Source: Anaerohalosphaeraceae bacterium (lineage in GTDB: Bacteria; Planctomycetota; Phycisphaerae; Sedimentisphaerales; Anaerohalosphaeraceae). Taken from it: a DNA stretch of 64,000 nucleotides. The position numbers were made by a program, and so were the translations under genes. The DNA is taken from contig CAXXSL010000001.1 in the NCBI GenBank assembly GCA_963675525.2, forward strand, positions 64,001 through 128,000. The letters are read 5' to 3'. Under the pieces are notes generated by a model, which made no database searches, was not told the origin of the DNA, and saw nothing but the letters and a program-made list of their open reading frames with translations. Shown one piece after another: positions 18,047-28,728 of the stretch; the stretch's first letter is position 1; the number at the start of each line of letters is the position of its first letter.

Positions 18047-18778
18047 ATGAGTGATATGAATGATAACCCAAAGCCCTCCAACGGCGACGCTATCCTCGTC
18101 ATGGATAAATTGTGCAAGAATTATCAATTGGGAACGGTTGAACTGCGCGTGCTGCGAGAGATCGACATCACCATCAACAGCGGCGAATATGTGGCCATCA
18201 TGGGCCCCAGTGGCTCCGGCAAATCGACCCTGCTTAACATGATCGGCTGCCTGGACCGCCCGTCCGGCGGAAGCTATCACCTCGGCGGCCAGGATGTCTC
18301 CCAGCTCGAAGACGACGAACTGTCGGCCATTCGTGGTGCCCGCATCGGATTTGTTTTTCAATCGTTCAATCTCATCGCTCAACTGAACGTCATTGAAAAT
18401 ATCGAGATTCCAATGTTCTATCAGAGCTATGGCGAGGCCGAAAGTGCCGAGCGTGCCATGGAATTGGCAACGATGGTAGGGCTGGCCGACAGAATGAAAC
18501 ATCGCCCTGCAGAACTGTCCGGCGGCCAGCAGCAGCGTGTCGCCATTGCCCGCGCATTGGCCAATGATCCGCTGATTATTCTGGCCGATGAGCCGACCGG
18601 TAATCTGGATTCCGGCAGTGGTGCAGATATCCTCGGCATACTGGACCGCCTGCATGAAGAGGGAAAAACGCTTATCGTTGTTACACACGACGAGAATATC
18701 GCCACTCATGCCCAGCGCGTTATCCGCCTGTTCGACGGATGCATTGCAGAAGATACCTATAACTATCACAAAGGTTAA
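18047..18778 (+). CDS. ABC transporter ATP-binding protein (MacB/LolD family)
   Basis: [25 protein letters not shown]. Confidence 0.95.
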   Translation: MSDMNDNPKPSNGDAILVMDKLCKNYQLGTVELRVLREIDITINSGEYVAIMGPSGSGKSTLLNMIGCLDRPSGGSYHLGGQDVSQLEDDELSAIRGARIGFVFQSFNLIAQLNVIENIEIPMFYQSYGEAESAERAMELATMVGLADRMKHRPAELSGGQQQRVAIARALANDPLIILADEPTGNLDSGSGADILGILDRLHEEGKTLIVVTHDENIATHAQRVIRLFDGCIAEDTYNYHKG

Positions 18779-18784
18779 AACAGA

Positions 18785-20086
18785 ATGTTTTTGTTTCGGT
18801 TTAAACGAACATTAAAACTTGGTGTCAAGAGCCTATGGATGCATCGCCTGCGGTCAACGCTGACCATGCTGGGCATCATCTTCGGCGTCTCGTCGGTCGT
18901 CGCCATGCTGGCGATCGGCGAAGGTGCCAGCCGCGACGCACAGGAAAAAATATCCCAGCTCGGCAGCCGCAACATCATCATCAAGACGGTCCCGCCGCCG
19001 GAAGACAAATCCTCCGTCGGTCAGCAACAGACCCTCAAGGAATACGGCCTCACCTATGCTGATGCCGAACGCTTTCGCGGCGCGATTCCCAACGTCCGTG
19101 TCCTGGTGCCGAACCGTCTGATTTCTGAACAAGCCCTGTATCGCAACAACCGCGTCTCCATTGAAGTTGTTGGAACGGTTCCCTGGTATACGGAGATTTC
19201 GTCATTACGAACCACCTATGGCCGTTTTATCACCAGCATCGACACCCATTACAAGCAGGCCGTATGCGTCATCGACGAACTGGTCCGCAAGGACTTGTTT
19301 TCCTTTGACGACCCTCTCGGGCAGATGGTCAAGATCGGTGGAGACTACTACCGTGTCATCGGCATCGTCACCGCAAAGAAAGCAACCACCTCTGCATCTC
19401 AAGTGCAGGGACAGCAAAATAGCAGCAAGGGCGGCTCCGGGGCAAACACGGGCAAAATCTATATCCCCCTGACCACGGCACGCACTCGCTTCGGTGAAAT
19501 GTCGGTCCAGATCGGCACCAGTGGTGCCACCCTGGAACGCGTCGAGTTGCAGGAGATCATCGTCCAGTCGCAGACGATTGACCAGGTGCTCTCCACCCGC
19601 CGCAGTGTCATGACGATATTGTCGCGCTTCCACAAGAAAAATGACTACGAGATCGTGGTTCCCCTCGAACTGATGCAGCGGGCCAAGGATGTGCAGCGCA
19701 TTTTCACCATCGTGCTTGGCTCGATTGCTGCGATTTCGCTGCTCGTGGGAGGCATCGGCATTATGAACATCATGATGGCCACCGTCAGCGAACGCACGCG
19801 CGAGATCGGCATCCGTCGCGCCCTGGGTGCCAGGAAAAGGGATATCGTCATGCAGTTTCTTTCGGAAACGCTTATCCTGACGTTGTGCGGCGGCATCCTG
19901 GGCATGGCCGTCGGATCGCTCGTTCCGGCCCTGGTCACCTACTTCGGCCAGATGCGCACCGTCATTACTCCCGGTTCGCTCATCATGGCATTCGGCATCA
20001 GTGCCGCGGTTGGAATTGCCTTTGGTATCTACCCGGCCTACCGCGCCGCCAACATGGATCCCATCGAATCCCTCCGCCACGAATAG
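18785..20086 (+). CDS. MacB/FtsX-family ABC permease
   Basis: RSTLTMLGIIFG, VGGIGIMNIM..ERTREIGIR.ALGA. Confidence 0.95.
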   Translation: MFLFRFKRTLKLGVKSLWMHRLRSTLTMLGIIFGVSSVVAMLAIGEGASRDAQEKISQLGSRNIIIKTVPPPEDKSSVGQQQTLKEYGLTYADAERFRGAIPNVRVLVPNRLISEQALYRNNRVSIEVVGTVPWYTEISSLRTTYGRFITSIDTHYKQAVCVIDELVRKDLFSFDDPLGQMVKIGGDYYRVIGIVTAKKATTSASQVQGQQNSSKGGSGANTGKIYIPLTTARTRFGEMSVQIGTSGATLERVELQEIIVQSQTIDQVLSTRRSVMTILSRFHKKNDYEIVVPLELMQRAKDVQRIFTIVLGSIAAISLLVGGIGIMNIMMATVSERTREIGIRRALGARKRDIVMQFLSETLILTLCGGILGMAVGSLVPALVTYFGQMRTVITPGSLIMAFGISAAVGIAFGIYPAYRAANMDPIESLRHE

Positions 20087-20154
20087 GCAAGAGCAGTAAG
20101 CATCTCAGGGTGTTTTTTTCGTAAAATGTGCATTACATGCTCATCTGGATGCCA

Positions 20155-20553
20155 TCAAAACGGCCACCAGAGATAAACGGTCGGTTCGTAGTATTGCCAC
20201 CCCCAGAGATTATACCACGCGGCCCAGGTCGACAGGGTAATCGCTACCAGCAGTATGATCCATGCGATGCGGCGCCAGTAAATCGCGACAATGATCCCGG
20301 CGAAAAATTTCCCGATGACACCGATGATCGGCCCCCAGACCGGTCCGGCGACCCTGGCGGCGAAACTGACAGCCGGGTGCAGCTCCGTTCCATCAGTTCC
20401 GTCACCCAGCATGAAATAAATCGTACTGAGGCCGTCGGCAAGAAGAGCGGTCAGGAACAGTATCAGAAGCAACCAATAGGTTTTCCAGAATCCTTCGGCG
20501 TTTTTTGCGAAGCGGTCTTTAGTTTGCTGCAGCATCGTCTTGGTCCCATTCAT
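20155..20553 (-). CDS. Small membrane protein (DUF5658-like)
   Basis: D..ST..E.HP..K motif with TM helices. Confidence 0.6.
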   Translation of the reverse strand: MNGTKTMLQQTKDRFAKNAEGFWKTYWLLLILFLTALLADGLSTIYFMLGDGTDGTELHPAVSFAARVAGPVWGPIIGVIGKFFAGIIVAIYWRRIAWIILLVAITLSTWAAWYNLWGWQYYEPTVYLWWPF

Positions 20554-21322
20554 AGGTATCAGGCATCATGTCATCATCATATTCATAGACGTCATTGAAA
20601 TCGCTGCCGTAATACGGAACCGTTTCGGGTTTGGCGCCGAACGGCAGCGTAAAGGTTCCGAGTATCCAAAATTTCAGCACAACCAGTATCAGCAAGTGCC
20701 CCGGGTAAAAATAACGATACAGATATTTATTCGGACGGGGGGCTTTGATGCCTTGAATAAACGGAACGCAGGCGGCCAGCAGTTGGCGAGGGTGCACGCC
20801 GGAGAGCATGACGTAAATAACCGTTGCCATCCAATACAATCCCCGCTGGAAGGTTTTATCCCGAAGCCAATAAAAGATCGCAAGCGTAGCATACAGATAC
20901 CACCCGTACGAAACCGGGATGCACATCATTAAAAATCCCGTAACGATTTTCAGCCAATGTCGCTGGTGCACGCCCTCGGCGGTCCACGCAAAGATCGCAA
21001 ACCCGAAAATGATATTCAGTTGCGGCAGCCGGAAAGAATACACATCGAACGATTGTTGGAACATATACATGTACTGAACTTGCGAAAGCAGTCCCAGCAG
21101 CAGCACCCGCTTGAGATGAAGTTGGTTTTTCTGAAGGGTGATCACAAACAGGATCGCATACAGCGGCATCCCCAGCCGCCCGACATACCGCAGCGGTTCG
21201 ATGTTGTATAAATACCAGATGTGATCCAGAAGCATGGTAATGATCGCCAGCCATTGCCAGGCGTTGCGAAGCCCCGGGTCCATCACGGCCGGTCGGTCTA
21301 TTTGAAGCGGTTGTTCAGCCAT
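20519..21322 (-). CDS. TraX-family membrane acyltransferase-like protein
   Basis: AIITMLLDHI, GRLGMPLYA, NII, FYPGHL. Confidence 0.8.
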   Translation of the reverse strand: MAEQPLQIDRPAVMDPGLRNAWQWLAIITMLLDHIWYLYNIEPLRYVGRLGMPLYAILFVITLQKNQLHLKRVLLLGLLSQVQYMYMFQQSFDVYSFRLPQLNIIFGFAIFAWTAEGVHQRHWLKIVTGFLMMCIPVSYGWYLYATLAIFYWLRDKTFQRGLYWMATVIYVMLSGVHPRQLLAACVPFIQGIKAPRPNKYLYRYFYPGHLLILVVLKFWILGTFTLPFGAKPETVPYYGSDFNDVYEYDDDMMPDTYEWDQDDAAAN

Positions 21323-21554
21323 GCTCTTTCCGAAGACCCTTTTTAATGTAACGATATTTTGAATTTTGGCTTTGAAGCAGATTCTAACGCAAACGTCAGG
21401 TTCATGGAAGCATTTTTATATCGAGATCGATTATTCTTATTCTTTTGAAACATCTCGAACTTCAAGCGATCACCGGCGGAATCGAAAGAATTCTTAGTTG
21501 ACGTGCGGGGGTGTCTGTGTTACTTTTAAATGGGCCTTAAGAGGGAGACAAAAA

Positions 21555-22733
21555 ATGAAGACAAATCAGGAACATTCGTCGGATATCACCCGCTGGCTTC
21601 AGTTGATCGGCGCCGAGGGTGTCGGTCCGACGCTGTTTAAACGTTTGTTGGAACAATTCGGCGACATCGAACGGGTGTTGGGCGCTTCGGCGGTGCAATT
21701 GACAAAGGTCGCCGGCATCGGCCAGAAGACCGCCGACCGTATACTAAGAACCCGCCGGGATTTTGACGCGCAAAAGGAACTCGCGCTGGCGGATAAACTG
21801 GGGGTCTGGGTCATACACCTCAATGACCGGCGATATCCGGCGGCTCTCAAGGCGATCTATGACCCGCCGCCGGTGTTGTATGTCAAAGGCACCTTAACGC
21901 GCGCCGATAATCTGGCACTGGCGATCGTGGGTAGCCGGCGGTGTACGCACTATGGGACCGAGCAGGCCAACCGGTTTTCGCACCTGCTTGCCTCGGCGGG
22001 TTTTACGGTTGCCAGCGGCCTGGCACGCGGGATCGATTCGGCGGCCCATCGCGGTGCGCTGGCGGCCAACGGTCGGACGATCGCCGTTCAGGGGTGCGGT
22101 CTGGCGACTGTTTTTCCGCCGGAGAACAAAAAACTGTTTGAGGAGATCGCCGAAAGCGGGGCGGTGATCAGTGAGCTGCCATTGACGTATGAACCGCTGG
22201 CCGAGAATTTTCCCGGCAGGAACCGTATCATTGCCGGACTGTCGATGGGAGTTTTGGTGATTGAGGCGGCTCCCCGCAGCGGTGCGCTGATCTCGGCGCA
22301 GGCGGCCCTTGACAACAACCGCGAAGTCATGGCCGTGCCCGGGCGGATCGATTCGGCCTGCAGCGTGGGCTGTCATCGGCTGATCAAGCAGGGAGCCCGG
22401 CTGATCGACAGTGTCGAGGAACTCATGGATGCGCTGGGACATATCGGCGGCGACCTGAAGGACCATGTCGGGGCCGCTGCCGTCGATGCCGATCGCAAAG
22501 CTCAGTCAGGCCTGTTTGACCTGACGCGCCTGAATCTAAGCACCGATGAACAGGCCATTATCGACCATCTGGACTGTGAACCAGTACATCTGGAGGACCT
22601 GATCGCCCAGACCCGATTGCCCGCTGGTGCGGTGCATTCGGCCCTGATCCATTTGCAGTTGAAAGGCCTGATCAAGCAGCTTCCCGGTAGCGTTTTTACC
22701 AAACGGAATGTATCAAATCCTGTACAGTCTTGA
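21555..22733 (+). CDS. dprA: DNA-processing protein DprA
   Basis: DPPPVLY.KG, AIVGSR, SGLARGID, FPGRNRIIAG, C-terminal wHTH. Confidence 0.96.
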   Translation: MKTNQEHSSDITRWLQLIGAEGVGPTLFKRLLEQFGDIERVLGASAVQLTKVAGIGQKTADRILRTRRDFDAQKELALADKLGVWVIHLNDRRYPAALKAIYDPPPVLYVKGTLTRADNLALAIVGSRRCTHYGTEQANRFSHLLASAGFTVASGLARGIDSAAHRGALAANGRTIAVQGCGLATVFPPENKKLFEEIAESGAVISELPLTYEPLAENFPGRNRIIAGLSMGVLVIEAAPRSGALISAQAALDNNREVMAVPGRIDSACSVGCHRLIKQGARLIDSVEELMDALGHIGGDLKDHVGAAAVDADRKAQSGLFDLTRLNLSTDEQAIIDHLDCEPVHLEDLIAQTRLPAGAVHSALIHLQLKGLIKQLPGSVFTKRNVSNPVQS

Positions 22734-22956
22734 ATCTATCTGCTTTACCGGCTATTGGTTACGGACTTTTTCGGACAATCCCGATAAAATCCTAATTATT
22801 AATATCAGCCTGAACCGATTTAATATTGTACCGTAAAAATACCTATGAATTCATTGGCAATAGGAGATTTATTATCTATATTTTACATGGAACGGGCGAG
22901 AACTCTGCAGAGTTATAACAACAGTGAGAATTGGCAATTACGAGAGGAATATTAAC

Positions 22957-24744
22957 ATGAGTCCTAAACCGACAGTTGTGCATGTCACCCATGAAGCGAC
23001 AGGAAAGATCGGAGGCATCGGTGCCGTTCTGGAGGGAATGTTTACCAGCGGCGCCTACCAGAAGGAAGTTGACCGCACGATTTTGATCAGCCCGCTATTC
23101 TCTACCGAAGGCGATGTCAAAAGCCGTCTTGGTCAGGGCAGCGATGTTTTGTATTCGTCATTGGATAAACTCAGTCACAGCGGATACAAATCCAGTTTCC
23201 GTCGGATCGAGGAGCAGTTCAATGTCGATATTATTTACGGCCGCCGCGAGTTTGTCGATCCGATGAACGGCAACACCTACCGTCCGGAAATTCTGTTGAT
23301 CGATGTGACCCGTATGGACATCGGTCCGATGGATGCCTTCAAGGGGGCGTTGTTTAGCGAATACGGTATTCGAAGCGACCGCTATCAGAACCAGTGGGAC
23401 TACGAACAATGGGTTCGCCTGGGTCCCCCGGCGGTCGAGGTACTCAAGGCCATCGGCGCCGCCGAACAGAACAAACCGACGATCATCGTCGCACACGAAT
23501 ATATGGGCATGCCGACGGCACTGGCGGGCATTCTGGATCCGTACGATTTCAAGACGGTCTTTTATGCCCATGAAGTGGCGCCGGTCCGCCGGATCGTGGA
23601 AGGGCACACCGGCCATGATACGATGTTTTACAACGTGCTTCGCAAGGCGCACGAAAAAGAGCTTTATGTCAACGATGTCTTCGGGGACCAGAGCGATTTT
23701 TACAAGTTTGCGCTGGTTGACGCAGCGCGGCATTGCGACAATATCCTGGCGGTCGGCGACTGTGTGGTTGATGAGCTGCGGTTCCTGGCGCCGGAGTTTG
23801 AGCTGGCCGATATCGACCTGACGTACAACGGCATCCCGTTTTACCAGGTTGGTCTGGCGGAAAAATATGAATCCCGCGACAAGCTGCGCCACTATTGCAA
23901 GAATCTGCTCGGCTGGAAGCCGGATTTTATCTTCACACATGTAACGCGGCTGGTGCTCAGCAAAGGGCTCTGGCGTGACCTGCGTGTGCTGGAGCACATG
24001 GACGATGAATTCGCGACCATGAACCGCACGGGGGTGCTGCTGGTGTTGAGCACCGAAACGCATAAGCGGCGTGATAAAGATATCTATAATATGGAGGCGG
24101 CGTATAACTGGCCGGTGGCCCATCGTGAGGGCATGCCGGATCTGTCCAACGGCGAAGCGGTGTACTATGCGGGCGTTCAGGAGTTCAACGCCAAAAGCCG
24201 GAACATCAAAGTGGTCTTCATTAATCAGTTCGGGTTTACCCGCCAGGCCTGCGGTTCGCGGATGCCGGCGGATATGGAATTTATGGATATCCGCAAGGGC
24301 AGCGATGTCGAGTTCGGCCAGAGCATTTATGAACCGTTCGGTATCGCTCAACTGGAACCGCTGACGTTTGGCGGGCTGTGTGTCATGACCAATATCTGCG
24401 GATGTGCGGGGTTTGTCAAGGATGTCGCCGGCGTGCAGGCCGTGCCCAATGTGATTTTCGCCGACTATACGGACCTGAACGGTGACGGCGGCAAAGACAT
24501 CGAACAGATGTTGAAGATCGAGAAAAAATCACGTGACCAGATCGAGCATAAGATCAGCGAAAAGATCGCGCTGGAGATCTGTGCCCGGCTGCCGAAAAAT
24601 GATGATGAGTTCAACCGCATGCTGCAAAGCGGATACGAATTGGCCCGGCATATGGGCTGGGAGAGCGTTGTCGAGAACTATGTGCTGAAAAGTCTGCACA
24701 AGGCCGTCGGCAAAAAACATGCCAAGCAGCACGTGGCGGTGTGA
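22957..24744 (+). CDS. Glycogen-synthase-like glycosyltransferase (GT3-like)
   Basis: HEATGKIGGIG N-terminal motif; YEPFGIAQLE E-X7-E motif. Confidence 0.65.
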   Translation: MSPKPTVVHVTHEATGKIGGIGAVLEGMFTSGAYQKEVDRTILISPLFSTEGDVKSRLGQGSDVLYSSLDKLSHSGYKSSFRRIEEQFNVDIIYGRREFVDPMNGNTYRPEILLIDVTRMDIGPMDAFKGALFSEYGIRSDRYQNQWDYEQWVRLGPPAVEVLKAIGAAEQNKPTIIVAHEYMGMPTALAGILDPYDFKTVFYAHEVAPVRRIVEGHTGHDTMFYNVLRKAHEKELYVNDVFGDQSDFYKFALVDAARHCDNILAVGDCVVDELRFLAPEFELADIDLTYNGIPFYQVGLAEKYESRDKLRHYCKNLLGWKPDFIFTHVTRLVLSKGLWRDLRVLEHMDDEFATMNRTGVLLVLSTETHKRRDKDIYNMEAAYNWPVAHREGMPDLSNGEAVYYAGVQEFNAKSRNIKVVFINQFGFTRQACGSRMPADMEFMDIRKGSDVEFGQSIYEPFGIAQLEPLTFGGLCVMTNICGCAGFVKDVAGVQAVPNVIFADYTDLNGDGGKDIEQMLKIEKKSRDQIEHKISEKIALEICARLPKNDDEFNRMLQSGYELARHMGWESVVENYVLKSLHKAVGKKHAKQHVAV

Positions 24745-24796
24745 TCGAACGGCACTTGGTCGGCGTGGCCGGTGCCGCAACCAATTTCTGAAACGG

Positions 24797-24823
24797 GGAA
24801 CGTTGAAAAACGTTCCCTTTTTT
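24797..24823 (+). terminator. Rho-independent terminator
   Basis: GGGAACGTT-GAAA-AACGTTCCC followed by a T-run. Confidence 0.75.
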
Positions 24824-24849
24824 CATGCGCCGGTCAGGTTAATCGTCCA

Positions 24850-25225
24850 TCACCGCGAATGCGTTATTTCTTTCCCCATCAAGGACAACCTGTGCGTCGA
24901 GCCGGAGGCGATGGAGTTTACGATTACCGCGGGGCAGATCCAATTCGGAAAGTCGCTGTCGGCCGGACAACTAAACGCCGCACTGAACCCCGAAAAAACA
25001 CCGGCGCAAAGACTCACCAAAAAAGAACAAGCCAAAAAATTGATCTTAGAATTATTAAAACAAGGCCCCACCGAATCCGATAAACTAATAGCGGCAGTTG
25101 TCGCCAATGGTATCAGCGAAAAGACGATTCGGAATGCACGTAAAGAATTACGGGATGCTAAGAAGATTGATTGTGAGAATTTGAGTGGAGATGGTTATGA
25201 ATGGTTTTTAGTGGAACGGTTATAG
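24850..25225 (+). pseudogene. C-terminal remnant of a mobile-element AAA/RepA-like helicase (wHTH tail)
   Basis: RYFFP(I)KDNL..MEFTI.. then AKKLILELLKQGP..GISEKTIRNARKEL; no N-terminus. Confidence 0.5.
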
Positions 25226-25601
25226 AAAAGGGATACCTTACCTTTCTTGTCTTTCTTGCCAAGCAATACTTATTTTTAGCTTAATAATCAGGAAGGCAAG
25301 AAAAGCAAGGTTGGCAATGCTTCACCTTGAAAACTCAGGACTGAGGATTAAAGACTGGATCTCTTTGACATGTGAATAGAGAAAAAAGCCCTTTTCAGAC
25401 AAACTGCTGTCGGGTATAATTGTGCTCGGCTACGAGGCAGAAAATGCATTCGATTTCATATAACTGAGCGATATTCTAACGAAAAACGGCCTTAGTTGTG
25501 TTTTTTGAGTCGAAAAAAAACAACACAATGTGTTTTCGTAACTCTATTATATAGAATAAGATACAGATGTTAGTGTCTTTTTTTCTATAAATAACTTGAG
25601 T

Positions 25602-25625
25602 TAATATCGCAAATATGCGATATTA
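25602..25625. promoter_or_regulatory. Operator palindrome over the TA promoter
   Basis: Perfect TAATATCGCA-AATA-TGCGATATTA. Confidence 0.8.
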
Positions 25626-25654
25626 TATAAGGCGGCCAGCAGAAGGGAAAAGGG

Positions 25655-26029
25655 ATGCCCCGAACAGACATTACGATTTACAAGGACGATGACGGCTCTG
25701 TACCGTTGTATGAATGGTTGGATTGTCAGTCAGAAAAAGTTCAGAGTGATATGGCGGCAAGAGTGAAACTCCTCGCCGAAAAAGGCCATGAACTGCGGCG
25801 GCCGGCGTGTGATTTTCTAAGAGATGGGATTTATGAGCTTCGCAAGCGGCGGCTGAATATCAACTATCGTATTCTGTATGCTTTTTGCGGAGAACATGCC
25901 GTTTTGTTATCACACGGCTGCACGAAAGAAGATAAAGTGCCGGACAAAGAAATTGACAAAGCGATCAGTCATCTTAAGAAGTATCGACAGAATCCGGACA
26001 TGCATGCTTATGCGGGAAAGATTGGATAA
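25655..26029 (+). CDS. Type II toxin, RelE/ParE (HigB/Gp49-like)
   Basis: G..P..EWL, LRDGIYELR, RILYAF, LLSHG..K. Confidence 0.88.
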   Translation: MPRTDITIYKDDDGSVPLYEWLDCQSEKVQSDMAARVKLLAEKGHELRRPACDFLRDGIYELRKRRLNINYRILYAFCGEHAVLLSHGCTKEDKVPDKEIDKAISHLKKYRQNPDMHAYAGKIG

Positions 26030-26358
26030 TGCGTAAAAATCAAAAAAAGACAACGGATGCGGTAACGCTGCTGTATGACCGCTATATCAAGGGTGATCCT
26101 GAAAAGCTGGCGGCGATTGAGGCCGAACGCGAGAAGATCAAAATTGCCGAACAGGTTTATGCGTTGCGTACGGAGCGGGGCCTAACGCAGCGGCAGCTTG
26201 CCGAACTCATCGGAACGACCCAGTCGGTCATCAGCCGGATCGAAAATACCGACTACGAAAGCGAACGCCTCGACACCCTGCAGAAACTGGCCGCGGCATT
26301 ACACTGCCATCTGGAAGTGAGGTTTGTTTCGGAAGATAACCTGATGTCCGTTAAATGA
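26029..26358 (+). CDS. XRE-HTH antitoxin (HigA-like)
   Basis: GLTQRQLAELIGTTQSVISRIE; TAATG coupling to the toxin. Confidence 0.88.
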   Translation: MRKNQKKTTDAVTLLYDRYIKGDPEKLAAIEAEREKIKIAEQVYALRTERGLTQRQLAELIGTTQSVISRIENTDYESERLDTLQKLAAALHCHLEVRFVSEDNLMSVK

Positions 26359-26413
26359 GATCAGATAAAAAAACGGTGTCAGGAACCGTTGTTTCCTGCT
26401 TTTGAAAATTCTC

Positions 26414-26524
26414 TCACTGCATCCCGGCAGGGGGGACATAAAACGCTATCCGATACACCAGTATCGCCAGCACCGTCAAAAACACACTGTACAAAACCAT
26501 TCTTCCAATGGACCATTTTTTCAT
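26414..26524 (-). CDS. Putative 36-aa single-TM small protein
   Basis: MKKWSIGRMVLYSVFLTVLAILVYRIAFYVPPAGMQ*, AAGGA upstream; below the ORF-track cutoff. Confidence 0.5.
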   Translation of the reverse strand: MKKWSIGRMVLYSVFLTVLAILVYRIAFYVPPAGMQ

Positions 26525-26644
26525 CGTTCCAATTCCTTACTCAATCCTTCATTTCCAGCCGCTCCTTCCTGCGGCTGCGGGTGTATTATAGCCTGTCGGC
26601 GTGGTGTTGTAAAAGGCAAAATTATCCGCGTGGGCACGGCCTTC

Positions 26645-26768
26645 TTGTCACCCCCGCTCTAATTGTCACCCCCGCGAAGGCGGGGGTCCAGAGTGAATAA
26701 ATAAGCCGTCGCTTTGTGAAACGCTGGATTCCCGCCTTCGCGGGAATGACAAAGCAGCGGGAATGACA
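26645..26768. repeat. REP-like palindromic doublet (GTCAYYCCCGCGAAGGCGGG family)
   Basis: Inverted pair 26663-26691 / 26724-26752 plus partial flanking copies; related copy at 40793. Confidence 0.85.
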
Positions 26769-26921
26769 GAAGAGGTTGTATTAGGTGCCTTCGCGCCTCT
26801 TGTCAGCGTTTAAATGAAAAATCTTAGACAAAAAATCATTTTTACGTGTGCCGAATCCGCTCCGGTTCGTATACAATCTATAATTAAAATCCTGTTCTAT
26901 TCATGGAATGGAGAATATAGA

Positions 26922-27536
26922 ATGTCTATACAAAAGTATCAAAACCGTTTTGTTCATTGGATCGTCTGGGTGTTCTGTATGGGTCTGCTGGGTTGCAGCA
27001 CCGGGGTGCAGTTGGATCACGACCAGTTCAAGCCGAAGGCGGATTCAGAAAGCACATTTTACTCCTTTACGTTAAAAGATATTGACGGGTGGCCCGTTGG
27101 GCTGTCCCGATATGAGGGCAAGGTCGTGCTGGTGGTCAATGTCGCCAGTGAGTGCCGTTATACTTATCAGTATCGAAACCTGCAGCGGCTGTATTGGAAA
27201 TACAAAGATCAGGGATTGGTCGTGCTGGGTTTTCCGGCCAATAACTTCGGCAAGCAGGAACCGGGAACCAATGCCCAGATTAAGGAGTTCACCACCCACC
27301 AGTTCAACATTACGTTTCCCCTGTTTTCAAAGATTTCCGTCGCAGGCCAGGACATGCATCCTTTGTACCGGTACCTGACCAGCCGCCAAGCCAATGGCGA
27401 GTTTGGCGGACCCATTACCTGGAACTTCAACAAATTCCTGATTGATAAAGATGGGACAACGATCGCGCGTTTCGGCTCCGAGGTCGATCCCTTAGCCCCT
27501 CAGATTACTGAGGCCATCGAGGCGGCATTGCAATAA
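26922..27536 (+). CDS. Glutathione peroxidase family lipoprotein
   Basis: VNVASEC, GFPANNFGKQEPG, WNFNKFLID. Confidence 0.93.
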   Translation: MSIQKYQNRFVHWIVWVFCMGLLGCSTGVQLDHDQFKPKADSESTFYSFTLKDIDGWPVGLSRYEGKVVLVVNVASECRYTYQYRNLQRLYWKYKDQGLVVLGFPANNFGKQEPGTNAQIKEFTTHQFNITFPLFSKISVAGQDMHPLYRYLTSRQANGEFGGPITWNFNKFLIDKDGTTIARFGSEVDPLAPQITEAIEAALQ

Positions 27537-27694
27537 ATCATCCAACGGATCTGTATTCAGCTCATGGCGATTGCGATCGAGCCAAAAAAACAGAAAATTT
27601 ACACTTGATCGGAGCCAACTGCCGAAGGTAAGGTAGGCGACGTATTCTAACGCAGCGGTCGCATTCTGTTATTATTAAAACGAAAGGACGCGAA

Positions 27695-27865
27695 ATGGAG
27701 AAGAACGATAAGAGTTCATGGGCCACCGGCGGCGGCTTGCTGATGGGTATGGGGGTTGGATTTTTTTTCCTGCAGACATCGCCTTTGGCATTCGTCGGAT
27801 GTATCCTGGCAGGTTTGGGCCTGGGCCTTATGGCTACGGCCCTGATCTCAAAGATCAACGGCTAA
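27695..27865 (+). CDS. 56-aa Gly-rich two-TM small protein
   Basis: MEKNDKSSWATGGGLLMGMGVGFFFL...GLGLGLMA; AAGGA RBS; not in the ORF track. Confidence 0.7.
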   Translation: MEKNDKSSWATGGGLLMGMGVGFFFLQTSPLAFVGCILAGLGLGLMATALISKING

Positions 27866-28023
27866 GCGCCAAATCGACTCGTTTTACAGATAAAGGCCTT
27901 CCGGCCATAGGTTCATCAGAAAATCAGAATCGCTGTTATCTGCCGGACGACCAGATCGACACACAGGCCAAAGCGTTCAAAGCCGCACGTCAAAACGATG
28001 AAAAATATATTGCCGGTTCTCGG

Positions 28024-28728
28024 TCAATGCGATGATGACGCTATGACAGCGGTCATCATGGCCGGCATGAGGCAGGCGACCATGACGGCCGCTTGCATCG
28101 CTTCGATGGCTTCCTTGGTCGCCTTCCCCGCGATGTCCCCATTGACAACTCGCTCAATTCTCCTTTTACGTTCTTTGATTTCTTTCTTGCCGAAGATGAC
28201 CGGCAGGATCGTAGCACTTTTTGCCAGCGATAAAAGAATCACGGTACGCGCGTCGACCTCGTCCGTCTCGGTAAAGATCGCCTGGTACAGACGGTCGATG
28301 ATCTCCCGTTCCGGGGTGGGGTTGATCTCCGGATAGATGCGTTGGGTAAATAACAGCAATATCTTCTTTTCATCCATTTTCAGGATTCCCCGTTGACAGA
28401 GTTGCAGGGCGATCCGGTGCTTGAGGTCTTTGGTATTGGCGATTCGAGCGACCCAGTCCTGAAGCGTTTTGAGCCGTTTGGCACGGTGCATTTTGATGAG
28501 CCATTCATCGATCAATGCGTCATTGAGCGGTTCAGGTGTGAGAACAGAAAGAAATTTCTTTTTCCCGGACGGGTCCGCCGCAATCCGTCGGCTCAACAGC
28601 AATTCCGCGATGATCGCGCCGCCGACGGCATAGTTGTAGAGCGCCCCCGAGGCAATCGTCCCCTCTTCATCTTTGAGCGACAATAACATGATCTCTTCAT
28701 GCAGAAACAGGTCGTTTACGCGTTCCAT
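28024..28728 (-). CDS. GPP34/GOLPH3 family protein
   Basis: L.EEIMLLSL.DE.G, GAIIAELLL..RI, L..RGIL..KILLLF..YP. Confidence 0.82.
   Translation of the reverse strand: MERVNDLFLHEEIMLLSLKDEEGTIASGALYNYAVGGAIIAELLLSRRIAADPSGKKKFLSVLTPEPLNDALIDEWLIKMHRAKRLKTLQDWVARIANTKDLKHRIALQLCQRGILKMDEKKILLLFTQRIYPEINPTPEREIIDRLYQAIFTETDEVDARTVILLSLAKSATILPVIFGKKEIKERKRRIERVVNGDIAGKATKEAIEAMQAAVMVACLMPAMMTAVIASSSH

Noticed and set aside
20519..21322. Conjugation locus implied by TraX
   Set aside because: Isolated gene; no other tra genes in the window.
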